A stretch of 59,126 nucleotides of DNA, filler included, from Sphacelaria rigidula (GCA_964200075.2; 4 parts of 4 records of this genome joined end to end with filler, not necessarily neighbours in it); one strand, 5' to 3'; shown: positions 37,994-51,044, counted from the first letter of the whole stretch. The notes: generated from the letters alone by a model not told the origin. Made by a program: numbers and translations.

Positions 37994-39799
37994 CTGATAC
38001 GCAGCGCAGCTTCGCTTGCATTGGCGAGGGCATCGTGGCTGTGTCCAGCGGTCATGATATATCAAGTCCGCCCGTTAGCCGCACTTTGTCGGTAGTTTCA
38101 CGTTGTCTGTCACCCTCTCCCGCCTCCCCTGAAAAAAATAACGCTTGGTCGGGTAAACGGGAATCGATGATGCAGGCAAACGGGAAGCTGCTGGTACCCA
38201 GCTATAAATATTTGTAGCGAAGTCCTGCGAGAACTCCGCACAATTACATCAACCACAGCGTACAAAAGTGGTTATGAATACTTTTTTTCAAGCTTGCATA
38301 GCAGGTGCACTTGATAATGCAAAACTGGTGGTAATTTCCTACTCCAGCTTTCTCTGACGCCATCACACAGAATTCACGCTGTACTGCCGCGCGCGGTTTT
38401 ACAAATCATTCACGCTCGTCAAAGAGGATAGTTGACGACCCGACGCATGCGCCGCGCCATACCCAGGTGATGCAATATTTGAAGGAGCACGTCTTGTCTA
38501 TAGCGTCATCTCTTCTCTGACGGGGAGGCTGCATCAAGCCAACTGATAGCTACGCACAAGAGATACGCAGAGCGACTGGGATTGGATGAGTTCGCGGTCT
38601 GTGGATAGAAATCCTTCACCGTATGCAGGGATGACGACACGTTACATGCAACCTGACTATCACATGATATATGCAACACGGGAAGCACCGTTGTTTGGTT
38701 GCACAGAACTTCACCCGCGAATCCAAGCTCCCTTTAGAGTCTCCTTGTAAGTCTACGTTGCGTATTCTGGGCGGTCGATGGGCGTACAACAGTGTTTTCG
38801 TGAGATTGATAATCTAGCGTAGATTGAGAGTGAGCTTTATTATTCGCTCTAACTTGACCATTTTTTCATTTCGTGTGTGCTCTTCTACGCCTGTAACGCA
38901 GAATGTGTGCTTACAGCTACACGTCGATATCCTACACAGGGATATCAAAGGCCTTAGTGGCAAGCTACTACAGAAAGCGTATCAGGCCGCGTATAAGGCC
39001 CAGAGGGACATTTCGGAACTGAATCTATTTTGTTCATTAACTGACCGCTCCTCACTCTCAATCGTATCCTAGCATTTCAATCTCACAAAAACATTGTTGT
39101 ACGTGCTCATCTTCGCCACGATACGCGCTGGCTCGACAGTGGGAGTTGGTCTCTGCTCGTATTTTAACCTTGACATCACTGGTGGGCTCTGTCATGGATA
39201 CCGTCAGGAGTAAATATAGTCACTATTGATAAGTTGACGCCAAACCATTGGTTTGGAGTATAACATGCTTTCTACATCACGCGGAAACTTTCAGTAAGAG
39301 GGAGGGCGACGAAGCACGCCAGCGTTTTGCAAATCGATGCCAATACGGTGGGTATGCGCAAAGTACATGCTGATGTCCGATCTCTACTGGTGTCGAGGCG
39401 AAAGCGGATCTTCAACGCAAAAATGATGTGCCCTCCCAGTCCAATCATATAATATCGTTCGATTGGCAGGATCCTTCGATACCCCGTCAAATTCCTTCGC
39501 GATAAAACGTCCATCGCATCCGGGTTACGTATAATCTCTCGTTGTCCTAGTTTGTTATCTAGCATGAGTGCGGTCTACGTGGGAGGGGTGGTGACACGAA
39601 ACCGGCAACAACTTTCGGTCTCGCTCTCGACACACCAGCCCATCCTACCCGAAAACGACTCATGTATTCGGTTCTTCACCACAAACACGTTCCAAATATT
39701 CCCAGCCCCTTGTGCTCCTTGAGCGCTGTAGTTAGGCCTCCTCATGGCATTGGGGTCAAGTGCGCAGACTCTAGCCAAAAGCGCGCGATATGCCATCAC
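37994..39799 (-). CDS. Candidate small internal exons of the BEACH gene (approx. 39579-39799, 39281-39387, 38463-38598, 37994-38128); two contain an in-frame TGA
   Basis: A phase-compatible chain of GT-AG exons giving helical-looking peptides (VMAYRALLARV, IPTVLASICKTLACFVAL, DVLLQILHHL), but with TGA at 38506-38508 and 38052-38054. Confidence 0.35.
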
Positions 39800-39893
39800 C
39801 TGCGAACAATACCGAGGCGTTTTCAATGGTACAGAAATATACATGCTTGGGGGTAACAGTGCACGGAAAATAGTCGCCTCTTTCGTTACTCAC

Positions 39894-42636
39894 CGGCACA
39901 AAAGATATGATGGTGAAGTTGAGGGACGGTACGTTTGGCCGCCACAACAGAAATCCTCGGGCGCCGAGCTTCCACCCGCTTCCCAAGCGTTGGTTCGAGC
40001 AGACCACACTTCGCCACCATCTGATTGATGCAGGTCGACTTGCGAGGGACAGCGCAGCGGGGAAAACTGTCGATATCGCCCAGGACACCTACGACTGGTC
40101 CCACGTTCAAGTTCAGCGCGACCTCGCCGGAGTAGGTCAAGAGGGAAAAGCGAGTCCCTACCGCAGCAGTCACCGCAGAGATGCTTCTTCCACAAGGCGC
40201 GCATCGCGTGCGGTAGCGCTTGAACCAGACTAGACGTACCCTGCACAATCTCAGCCGGCAACGGACCGGGAGCGCCTGCTCGCAAACACAGTCTCATCAC
40301 CTGGACAGCCACCAGGCAACAATGCGCATGAATCAATGGCGCGACGACGGCCGCGGACATTGCGGCACCTTGTGCGTCAAGGACACCGGCCAAGGAGCAA
40401 TCGTGCTCCACATCACGATCACACGGGGATGCAGACACAAGCCGCGCTAACGTCAGAGGGCCGTTGGCGAGTATGAAGCGGTCGCGCACCGCCAGCGGAT
40501 GCGCCGAGAGTAGACCGCCGATGGCCAGCATGACCTCCACTTGCACTAATTCAAGCGAGCACGTAAAGCAGAAGCCACTACTTGCTCCCACCACAGCATC
40601 CCAGACCGATCGCCTTCTCACGCTCCCGCTTGGTAGTGTATCATCCACGGACTGTGCCATCTCCACCTCCGAGCCAAGAATGGTCCTGATTTTCAAGCAA
40701 GCTCGCAGAGAGCGCACAAGCACCTGCACAAGACCGGCACTTATCAGAGCGCCCGACCACTCATCAGTGTCGGCAACCGACGCCATAGCCGCGAAACTAG
40801 CTTCGTTATCTCTGCTATTGTAGTGATCACAAGGCTCACTTCTCTGATCAGGTGTTGATCGCTCATCCTCGCCCTCAACGGCCGCATTATGAGGGATGGT
40901 GCCATGGCTCGACCTTTTTCGACTGCCGACAGTTGGCAAGACGCCTATCTCTGAAATGAGAGTGCCGTAACCCACAAGAGCGTCCGCAGTGTCTCGGTCG
41001 CTAGGCCAAGGGTGACGGGGCAAAGCTGTCCCTGGTAAGGCGGTTTCATTCGCCAGCGCGTACCATGCAGCTGCGGCAGGTGCGCTGTTTGACACTATTC
41101 TAGCTGACGGCACCAGACAGCGCAAAAAGAAGACAATTTCGTCGTACACGGCCCTGCAAAAGATAACGTAGCGCGGAGGGCGGACCATGTATGTTTGGGG
41201 ATAATATCGACACTGTGGGCCTCGACGCCTGCCGGCGCCCTAAGGATGATTGATACAACACACAGGCATTGAGCTAGAGCGCACTCGGTCTGGACCGCCG
41301 TGACAGAATAAGCAACAGTGCGTCTCAAGTGGTTATGTGTGGAGATTTCACGGAATGATCAAGGTTTCTGATCATTTTGGTGGGTGACGACTTTGTATCT
41401 AGACTCAACAATGCGACGACGGGGAGTGTGTCAAGTACATACGGTTCACGAATATCTGTTGAACCTTGCATTCTTTTACGGCCAGGAGTAATTGACAAGG
41501 GTGGACTGCATGCAATGCACCGCATATGATGCAGACAACTAAGGAATTGGTCTTGCCACAGCTCTCTTCACACACACACCCCGTCGAAGGAAAAAACATG
41601 TCGAAGAAGGTCAATGTTCGTACCTATCGGCCTCTGATTTCACTGCTACGACCCCACTTCGAAAGTGCCCACTCCATCGTCGCCCCAGCTCTTCCACCCG
41701 GACGCACAGAGCATCCATAAACAGCGCAAGTCCCGTTGCCACATCACCCGCGCCACTCCCACCATCACCGCTTGTTCTACTCCACCTCGCCAGTTCGTGG
41801 CGCGTGTGCGACCGCTTGGTGGTCGCATTGAGCGCGCGGAGGGTCTGTACCAAGCTCTCCCGGCGCCGCACGAACAAACGATATGTATTAGCCCCATCTG
41901 ACACTCCATCGTCAGCAACGCGATCAGTTGCCACGGTATTGTCGGTATCTTCAACCCCGCATCCATCGGCACTCGCAAAAGCAAACGCCTCGACGACGTC
42001 ATTGCCGTCTAATTCCCCTTGTCCATCCTCGCCGGTGGGGAGCGGTGGCCACCACAACCTTGACTGCTCGACGCCATGCTTGCAGCAAGCATCCGAAGTG
42101 CTGCCGTGCCTCCTCAACTGTTGCCCGCAGCGAGAGCAGACGGCCACCGACAACACAACGTCCGCTAACCCGCGCAAGACACCGATCGAGATTACGTGTG
42201 CCGCGCTGGTAGTGCCAGGGTCTGCTACCGCTGCTGGTGCTGAACTGGAAGGATGACACCGCAATTCGCCTGTTTCATCACCGATGGTTGCCGCAGAAGG
42301 TGTGTACAAGAACGGCGGATGCGGGGGTGATGCCGGGGTTGCTGTCGAGAGGTGTCCTGCATCGACTTCGTCAACCCCAGCGGTATGAGTCGGAGTATCA
42401 TGTAACGAAAGACAAGCACGCCCCAATGCCTTTACGAAAGGGAGAAAATCAGCGCGGTCGGCCAGCGGCTGGTGCTCCTCGGCTAAGACACGACCCCACA
42501 AGGATTGGAGATGCTGGCCAGTCTCGTCCGTCGCAAAACTCCACTCTTGTCGTGCCGGCGGATAAGGGTTAAACGTCGGTGTCGATATCACTGATCGGGG
42601 CGCTGGAAGCGGTGGGCTTGCTTCCCGAGGATTTTC
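39894..42636 (-). CDS. 5' exons of the same BEACH-family gene (approx. 41624-42636 and 39894/40090-41099); boundaries approximate
   Basis: Two long GC-rich open frames (326 aa and 432 aa) on the same strand, joined in phase by donor ATAG|GTACGA (41623) and acceptor CTAG| (41100). Confidence 0.6.
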
Positions 42637-44321
42637 CTGCTTTGAGGGGGATTTTCAAGCCAGGCACGTTGAGCGTAGCACAGCGATGAGCACAGGCGAA
42701 TATATGGCACATCAAAATCAAAACATCAGCAAATGTGATTCTGCTCGGAACAACCATTTTTGAGCGCGTATTGGGAATTCTAGATGCATCACGAACTGCG
42801 AAAACAATAGTTTCAACGATGAGTCATGCACCGAGAGGAACGCGAGTCATGCACCGAAGAGGAACACGGCGGAACAGTCAGTGAAACTTGACGTATTCAA
42901 CAGTAGTGGACTACAGTTCTGTGCACGACAATTCCTCCCGTCAACGGGAACTTAGACGGAGCCCCGCCTCGAGGCTCTCCGCGCAACGACAGTTATGAAG
43001 GTAAAGCAGCAGGAGCAGCACGCGGCCACTCCTCCGATGAAAACGATCAACCTTTTTGAGACCGAACCCCCATAACGACCACGGAGGCCGGTCCCTGAGG
43101 GGTGATCGTTGTGTGGAATGCGGTCAATGCCACGTGATTGTCCGCGTTATGGAACTGTGGTGCGGTGACGAGCAGATATCACTGTGAAGCCCCCAGGATC
43201 GGATGGCCTACGCAATTTCGGTGCTGTACACGAGCCAGTACATGCAGTACAGACAGTGAAATAGCACATCGGACTGCAGAAGACTGCCGGGATCTTCAGC
43301 AAGATATTGTGGCGTCCGCATTTGAGAATGCTCGGGGTCTCGAAGAAATGGCGGTATAATGATTTCGCGCCGTGCGGTTCAGCAAGTAAGTTAGCAGCAA
43401 TAACGGTTACGAAGGATCAGGTTCCGCACAGATGTGGTGGGTGGGATTACCGGTACGACGCAAGTCCATCACCCCCTTCGTAACAGTTTTGGGGCTACTC
43501 ATATTTTCCCATGGATTTATTCGCCGTCATCAGTATCAGTAGCTGATGTATACTGTACGTACAGGCAGTGTTTGACCCGCCCCTGACCCCTGAAAAGAAG
43601 GCGCTGCTGACAAGATTTCGAATTCCTGATCCGGATCACCCGGGGGTGTTATGTTGTGATCCAACACCCACTGTATTGCGAGGCATCATGACCCAGAAGG
43701 ATTCGGGGTTCATACTTTGATCAATTCGGCATTTCAGATGCGAAATATACTCTGCGGCTTCCGACTCCACACCGCCACGAGCTCGATGGTGCAGCACGCA
43801 TGGGGTGAAACGTGTGAACCTACGGTTCAAACTGTTCTCCTCCTTTTAGGGGGACAGATCGCGTGGCTTTGCGTCTCAGTTAGGAAAATCCTTATGGGGA
43901 TATACAATGTAAATCTATTTTTTGCTCCATGATATTTTTTTGTTCCTCAATCCCTTGAGCATTTGTGCTGGTTGTTTTGTGTTTGGACGCCGTTGGGCCA
44001 TGGTTGACATCCTCTTAAACCCACAACTCCCGACATAAAGCGACGCTTACAGTCATCTCTTCTGCACGACGTACCGACCCAACTGCTGTAACAGTGCACT
44101 AAGTCTTGGGGCATGGATGAGGTGGACAGTGACCGTCATGCTTGCTGTCGTTGGTGACGAGGTCGACTTTTCACGTAGTTCGTGCGCTGCTCGGATGTTA
44201 TGCAATTTCTCAATCCGAGCACGAACGATGTGAAAGCTTTCAAGGGTCGGACAAATAATGATTCATCTGGAAATTACTTGGTTTTAGTATCATGAGTCGA
44301 CTCGTGACGAATCAATCCCCA

Positions 44322-44421
44322 NNNNNNNNNNNNNNNNNNNNNNNNNNNNNNNNNNNNNNNNNNNNTTAATTAATTAANNNNNNNNNNNNNNNNNNNNNNN
44401 NNNNNNNNNNNNNNNNNNNNN
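44322..44421. other. Assembly join with linker
   Basis: Same 44 N + TTAATTAATTAA + 44 N structure. Confidence 0.97.
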
Positions 44422-44526
44422 CCCGCTTTGGGGCACTTTCTTGGGCTGGGTTTCCTCCTTTCGTCAAGGAACCCCCCCCCCCCCGCCAACAGTCGAGTGC
44501 CATAGTGACGAGTTACTAATTAAAGA

Positions 44527-44582
44527 ATATTATTATTATTCTTATTATTATTCTTATTATTATTCTTATTATTATTCTTCTT

Positions 44583-44613
<31 letters not shown>

Positions 44614-44636
44614 TTCTTCTTCTCCTTCTTCTTCTT

Positions 44637-44667
<31 letters not shown>

Positions 44668-44725
44668 TTATTATTCTTGTTTATTCTTGTTTATTATTGT
44701 TTATTTATCATTTATTATTTATTAT
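44527..44725. repeat. Compound (TAT)n/(TTC)n microsatellite
   Basis: Read directly from the sequence. Confidence 0.95.
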
Positions 44726-46403
44726 TTCCGCACATTAGTCCGATCTCGCGAACCCGTGGTCACAGACGTAGGCTCGCCTTTCCAATACCGTTTCCTGCTA
44801 TCTCTTACAAGACACATCGCCAAAAATAAAAAAGAGAGACGCCACGAAAACTGGTGAGAAGTAGCTCCCCCGAATTCAACGGGGAAATGAAAGAAAGTAT
44901 GAAAAAAAACACACAAACAACAAACGCCAGATCTGTCAAAAATGTACACCGAAAGAAAGGAAGAGAGAAGATAATAAAAGACAAAACAGGGAAAGACAGG
45001 TGACACAAGGAGATTAGCATGGCCACCATGTTCGGGATCAACTCAAAAAACAAAAAAGTAACCCCAGGCACCCTCATATACGGTTACCACAGTTGTTCGG
45101 AGAATGGTGGCAGTACTATAGCTCGTGATACACGTGTACTGTATGCATACCAGACAAAATGCGCCGGGATGACAGTCGACCAAGATTTGAACGATGTGCT
45201 TCTATTATATGAACACCGACAAAACATCGACACACCCGTTTTCTGCCATCAAATGAGAGATGCGTATCCACGAAATAAGAGGCCTTATGAATCCTTTTGG
45301 GATCGAGGTGGACTAATCGGGGGTGAGGGCCGTTCATGAATCGGCATCATCTATACTCAAAAACGACTGAAAATGATGCCGATTTCACAAGTGACCCGTC
45401 CGTGCAAACCAGGCCCTCATCCCCTGTTAGTGGGAGTCGAGCCCCGAAAAATTAGAGTCGGCATTTTTTTCGATTTTTTTTCTTTATTATTCCCGAGAAT
45501 ATCTTATTTTCCCTCCGATCCCTTCCCTACAAACAAATGCCGAAAAATATCCGAGGCTAGATTTTCTGGAGAAATCTGTATGAGCATTTAGCCTTCCTTG
45601 ACTCGATCTATTCCCTGACCTGGCCAAGCAATCTGCTCTCATATTTTGTGCGGAGGAAAAAAAGGGTTGAAAAAACTTCAAGGCTCCTTTCAGGACGCCT
45701 GTTTGAGTTCGGTGACCTTTCCCGCAGTATCCAGCCACCTTGATAATGGACGGTAGTTTTTTTACAGTAACTAGTCACCCCGGTACTCATCGATACAGGA
45801 ACCAGCCAACTTGGTAACGCACGGTCGTAATAATTGGATCATGACGGACCAAGGTACTCATTGGTCCGGGAACTAAACACGGGATCTTACGAATGGGGGA
45901 TGGAACTTTTATTGGGGGTGAGAAACCCGGAGAATTAAAATCTTCGTATCCACACCAAATCTTCGAAATATGGTTCCATTTTTTCACCTACTGATAGCTT
46001 TCGACAACTACTACATGTCATACAAATATGGATGTCGATAACCGAAATGTTGGGGTCCTAGGTAGAAAACCAACTTTGGGCAATTCCGGGTGTCCGAACG
46101 GACGCCAAAATTTGGTTGGTAGTTTGTTTGGACGGGAGTGCGAGAATATATATGTGCTCGGCAACGATCTGGATGGGAACGAGAAGATATGATTCGCTTG
46201 GTAACATATGGATGGAAATAGTAATTCCGATTTATCTGGGTAAAGTCGCATTTCCCAACTTAATATCGTGGGTAAATTTCAAGTAGGAAGCATTCGCGAG
46301 TGGATAAATTTCAAGAAGAAAAATAGATCGTTTGATGATAATCCAAGACAGCCAATAATTTCGAACGGCACCAACAACCGAGATGTGGTGGTACGCGCGG
46401 CAG

Positions 46404-46505
46404 GTGACTGAGGAAGGCCGGGGGTTGGAGTTGCTCGAGGCAGACTTGGCTGAGTTGGACAATTCCATTTACCACCTCGTGCGCTCCAACGTGGAGCTGG
46501 CTCAG
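46404..46505 (+). CDS. TMA17: Tma17/Adc17-like small coiled-coil protein, internal exon
   Basis: CAG|VTEEGRGLELLEADLAELDNSIYHLVRSNVELAQ|GTAAT resembles the Tma17 motif E(I/L)xNSIxHLxRSNxxL. The start is either the in-frame ATG at 46383 or an upstream mini-exon (ATG GCG|GT at 43348-43353). Confidence 0.7.
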
Positions 46506-47654
46506 GTAATGAGTTTCATCGTACCGTGAGCAGTTGACCGTTGGCCGTTGGTCGTTGGTCGTTGGTTTTGAACAGGCCGGGTGTGGTATTTACCGCGAGC
46601 GCTTCATATTGGTCTCGTGGCCTGAAATACTAGATTAACATGTCTTGTGGGCTCTCGGGTGAGCCCAATTCTATCAGATGCTCACTGAGCAATAGTTCTC
46701 TTTCAGATCGCTTCTTAGATTAATTGGATTCTCCTTCTTTTATTTCGATGTGTAGGATCACTTGGTTGGTAATCGTGTGTTGGTTGCGTTGGTTTTTTTG
46801 TTGCTTGACTTTGCGGGTCGAGTGGGGGCGATGGGCTCTACCTCTTCAGTCCGAATGGTGGCCTGCGGCATCTTGAATGATGGGGTTATCATCATTTCTC
46901 CTTGTAAGTGTATCACATTTTTGTCGGTATTCTGCGTTCTGTTTTGATCCACTTCGTGCTTGATTTCCTTGTACCTTATTTTGAGGAGTGTAGTTATCCT
47001 ATGGTCACAGAAGGCGTCGCATCAAATGCCCAGTGCGGATTTTACACGGTACTTCAAAGAGATTGCAACAGTTTTGTAGTGTGAAGACGACGACACAACC
47101 ACCATCATCATCACCATCACCAACGTTGGACGTCTAGCATGTTCGGCAGCGTTTAAAAACCCTCAGACCCCTCGTGTTCCCTCCACTGAAAACGTGCACG
47201 ATTCGCTAGGTTCCTCCTGTACCTCGCAACCACCTCTCACCAAAACTCCATCTGGATGCGGAAAAATGAATCCGTTCTGGTTTGAAATTGCACACCGCCT
47301 TCAGCACTCTTGGATGGAACACGAAGGTACCCGGTAGCAACGTTCAATTACAAATAGATGAGTGGAGCGATAGGAAAAACTTGGCGGGAGTATGCGGTAA
47401 AGATCACCAACCGTTGTCCCCAGCGAGGGTTTCGATGACGAGACGCTTTGGAAGTCGAAGAGAGAAGAGTGCGTTGAGCCAAGGATCACTGCGGCTCTAT
47501 TCGGGCAGGGGGCAACGTCTCCTCCCTCACAGTGCCAGACTTGGCGTGGCGGTTACCACGGCGGTCTGAGAACGACAGGGGTGGTAGCTGTAGTTTTATT
47601 CTATCAGAATAAACCGGATATTTTTACGTCGCTTGCTCCCACGTGAAGATATTT

Positions 47655-48005
47655 GAGAGTTTCGGAAAATCCATTTTTGTCATTTCAGGGTGCAAATATC
47701 TCAGGATCAGAGTGCAAAACAAAACAAAACACCCTGGACATGAGATTCTATTGTTGAAAAATGTACTGCGTACAGTATGGAATCTATTGTCTCTTGCAAT
47801 AGGAGCAATAGTCGATACTGTACGCAGTACATTTTTTGGCTGTGTATTCTGTTGTCCAGGGTATGAGAATATGAAGAATACATGTCACCGAAAAAACGTT
47901 AAGAGGACACCACATTTGACCGAGGGGGAGACAATTTTTCGTTGCACTTTGATCTTGAGATATTTACACTCTGAAATGAAAAAAAAAGCGTTTTCCGAAA
48001 CTTTC
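47655..48005. mobile_element. Foldback/MITE with nested inner palindrome, in the Tma17-like intron
   Basis: Outer arms gagagtttcggaaaa / ttttccgaaactttc; inner arms aaaaatgtactgcgtacagtat / atactgtacgcagtacattttt. Confidence 0.75.
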
Positions 48006-48536
48006 TTTTGAGCTTTCTTTGGTAGGCGTGTGATCGCCCTTTTGAGGAGTTTTCACTTGGTTGCAGAGTAGGACAAAGTGTGAGCTGCAATTTGAAATTC
48101 CTTCCTAGGCGTGGTTCGAATCGTGCAGTCAGTACTATAGTACTCGTTGTACTGCCACGAGGAACACACAGGGTCAACTTTGTCGGGTGTTACCGCGGCG
48201 CGATACATACCGTGCAATAAACGCCCCCCACTCCTCCACAGTGGTATGCACCCTTTCCCATCCGGCTGCCAATTGCGCTTGGGCTGGTCTGTGGCGCCAG
48301 GTATCCGTGCTTATGTGGACACCTCTCTTCCAAGAACGTCTGTCTCTCTAGTATCAGTATATTTTAGACCTTGGGTCATGCCTGTCTCTCATTTGATGCC
48401 ACGGCTAATTGACACCGCGGAAGATGAATTATAATCGCAGTAAGATGCCTTCATAACATTGAAAAGGAACAGCACTGTTATACACTCAACAAATTATTTC
48501 GCGTTCGCGAAAACCATCTTTGTTGAATCATGACAG

Positions 48537-49127
48537 TTTCTACGCGAGGAGCCCGGCGACTTAGATCTTGAGCAAGCCTTACAGGAAAACCAGACCGCTC
48601 TTGTGAAGAAGAGGCTGCGTGCGAAGGCCCTCCGCAACGCTATATCGGACCTACGTGCGTCCAACCCGCACCTAGCCGAGCGACCAAACAGGCACACAAG
48701 CCACGCCTCTCGGCCAAGCAGCAGCACGAGCACTGGTGGCACTAGCAGCGGCGTCACGAGCAGCAGCTTTCCCCGTGATGACACCAACGATAGGCCATTT
48801 TCCAGCGAAACGAAAGTGTCTACCCGTGCTGCTACGGCGAATAGTGGTAGTAGTGTTGGTCCTCCAGCTGTTAGCACCGCCAGCACTGCTGCGTCTCCGC
48901 ACACTACCAACACCAGCAGTTCTTTGGATGGGTTAGAAACGGCAGCCGCCAGCGATGGCGTTGCTACTCTGGGAACTGGAAGCGGCGCTAGTTGCGCTTC
49001 GGGTTTGCCTGAGGGGGCGGGGGCTGCAGTAGTAGAGGCAGATCGATCCAGAGAACGGTCGGCGCCGACTGAACGAAGTACAACAAGTAGTGGCGCTACT
49101 CTGCCGGCAGCGGGCGTGCTGCTGTGA
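48537..49127 (+). CDS. TMA17: Tma17/Adc17-like protein, last exon
   Basis: CAG|FLREEPGDLDLEQALQENQTALVKKRLRAKALRNAI..., then a low-complexity S/T/A linker, then ...AGVLL*. Phase 0 with the previous exon. The 'D.D...A..EN' motif and short hydrophobic C-terminus fit the family. Confidence 0.7.
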   Translation, partial: FLREEPGDLDLEQALQENQTALVKKRLRAKALRNAISDLRASNPHLAERPNRHTSHASRPSSSTSTGGTSSGVTSSSFPRDDTNDRPFSSETKVSTRAATANSGSSVGPPAVSTASTAASPHTTNTSSSLDGLETAAASDGVATLGTGSGASCASGLPEGAGAAVVEADRSRERSAPTERSTTSSGATLPAAGVLL

Positions 49128-49285
49128 GCTTGATTTATGTAGTATACAGTCGTTGATGTACTGTAGTGCGTACGTTCGGGGAGCGAACGCAATAGTGGGC
49201 TTGCACAACTTGGTTGAACAGAAAATTTTATATTATGAGGTTTTACACTAAGATGAGGTTCAACTTGGTTGAACGAGCAATTTTA

Positions 49286-49673
49286 CAAAATGAGGTTGTA
49301 CTCTAGAATGAGGTTTAAGCCCAAAACAGTGCTTTCCCCACACTTACAGCGATGGTGTCCAATGACGTTTTTGTCGCACTAATACCCCTTGATCGCATAG
49401 ACATTGTTTCAGTGCATTTTTCCGACTTTGTGAGCGTACAGTGCTGACCGAAGCCCTCATTTTCCCTGATGTTTGAGGGGGGGTGATATCAGGGAAAATG
49501 AGGGCTTTGGTCAGCGCGATAAGCTCACAGAGTCGGTATAATGCGCTGAAAAAGTGTCTACGCGATTGAGGGGTATTAGTCCGACAAAAACGTCCTCGAG
49601 CACCATCGCTGTAAGTGTGGCGAAAGCAATGTTTCGGGCTTGAACTTCATCTTGGTGTACAACTCTATTCTAT
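49286..49673. repeat. ~390-bp palindrome just downstream of the Tma17-like stop, preceded by a 55-bp tandem duplication (49206-49316)
   Basis: aagccctcattttccctgat pairs with atcagggaaaatgagggctt; ccacacttacagcgatggtg pairs with caccatcgctgtaagtgtgg. Confidence 0.85.
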
Positions 49674-50863
49674 AGACTTGTCTGTTGTTAGTCTCTTGTA
49701 TTGTGTGAAGACTACTTGGACAAAGGTATGGTAATATATTGAAAATAGCCGTACACTACGTTAACCACCGTGCTATACTAGAAGGTTTTCGTCAGTGCGT
49801 GTATATTTGTAATGAATTTGAGACTTCTTACGATAACTCGCGACTTCGCTCTCGACGTTATTGAGTTGTGGGCGTGATATAGTAGGTGTGCACGTTGAGG
49901 TGTCTGAGCTATTTTCACCTTGTGAACCAAAACAATGACATATAAAAGTTTGCCTGGGAGAGGATCGCTTCACGTTCAGACGCAGCTTCGTCCTATCTAC
50001 ACCGGTGCAATTGCGCAAGAGTGCATATCTGACTCCAGTAGGCCGGCCCAGTAAATCTTCATGCGCCCCTTTCCTACCATGAATCTTTGCGTACGTGTCA
50101 CGTGATTTTGCTTTTTTGAAGTGTCAACTTTCATCAGGTATATGAATACGCTGAGCTAAAGTACCGCGGACACATAGAGACGTAACGTGTTTCTGAAACA
50201 GTTCTACTTGTAGTTTAATAGTTTATTTGCAGTCGTGAACGGTGGTCAAGCAGGTATTACTAATCTTGTCAGCCAGCGTATCGCACGAGTTTGAATATTT
50301 ACATTAGAATGATACCGCGATAGACCCCCCAAACCTGCCCCCAAACTGTCACGGATAAAATGGACATACAGCGCATGATGACTGCTTTCAAATTTCTTAA
50401 GCCCCTTTTATGGGCGACAATGGCGAGAATGATCCCAAGCATGAAATTGCCCGGCTTCTCGGTGTGCTCGGCTTTGTATCTTTTTGGGGTACATGTAAAT
50501 TTTGCCCCCTCAAACCAGCCATTTTTCTGGGGGAGGAGGGGCATTCCGGCACGACTCAATACCTACACCGTAGATCGTACTCCGTATACTGTACGAGTAT
50601 AGTTGTGACGTTTATTTCCACCGCCCGAGATACTGAGGACTAGTCTGTAGAAATACAGCATTCGAGGATGGCCGACGGGGTGCCGAAGTAATCTGGCGCC
50701 GTCTAACTGGGACAAGATGAGAATGGAATCGTAAGAACCCACGATAGTGACAAGCAGCCCACGTGTGGCAACCATTTCAATGTTCCCTTTCGCATTCTCA
50801 TCAGACCGTTCCTCCGTTTTCAAATGAATTGATTGGAGTATGATCAACTTTTAGAATGAGGCC

Positions 50864-51044
50864 CTGTCTGAGCACATCATTTTTTGATCGAAATTGTGCG
50901 GTGGAAAGCAAAAATCCTGATCTGATAGGTCATGATTTCAACCATCGTCGTTAATTTTGAAGATGGTTGAAATCATGACCTATCAGATCAGGATTTTTGT
51001 TTTCCACCGCACTTTTTCGATCAAAAACTCATGTGCTAAGACAG
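50864..51044. repeat. 181-bp hairpin with a 38-bp perfect stem and 15-nt loop
   Basis: 50909-50946 is the exact reverse complement of 50962-50999; the outer arms pair with mismatches. Confidence 0.9.

Noticed and set aside
38052..38508. Nuclear UGA-to-Trp or selenocysteine recoding
   Set aside because: Roughly 30 Trp codons in the well-supported exons are all TGG, and the Tma17-like gene ends in TGA at a family-like C-terminus. Mutation, error or a wrong exon model is simpler.
44441..44857. 138-aa Tyr/Ser-rich ORF
   Set aside because: It is the translation of a (TAT)/(TTC) microsatellite.
48494..49192. 232-aa minus-strand ORF and similar antisense ORFs over the BEACH, recN and copia exons
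   Set aside because: Shadow frames of GC-rich coding sequence on the opposite strand.
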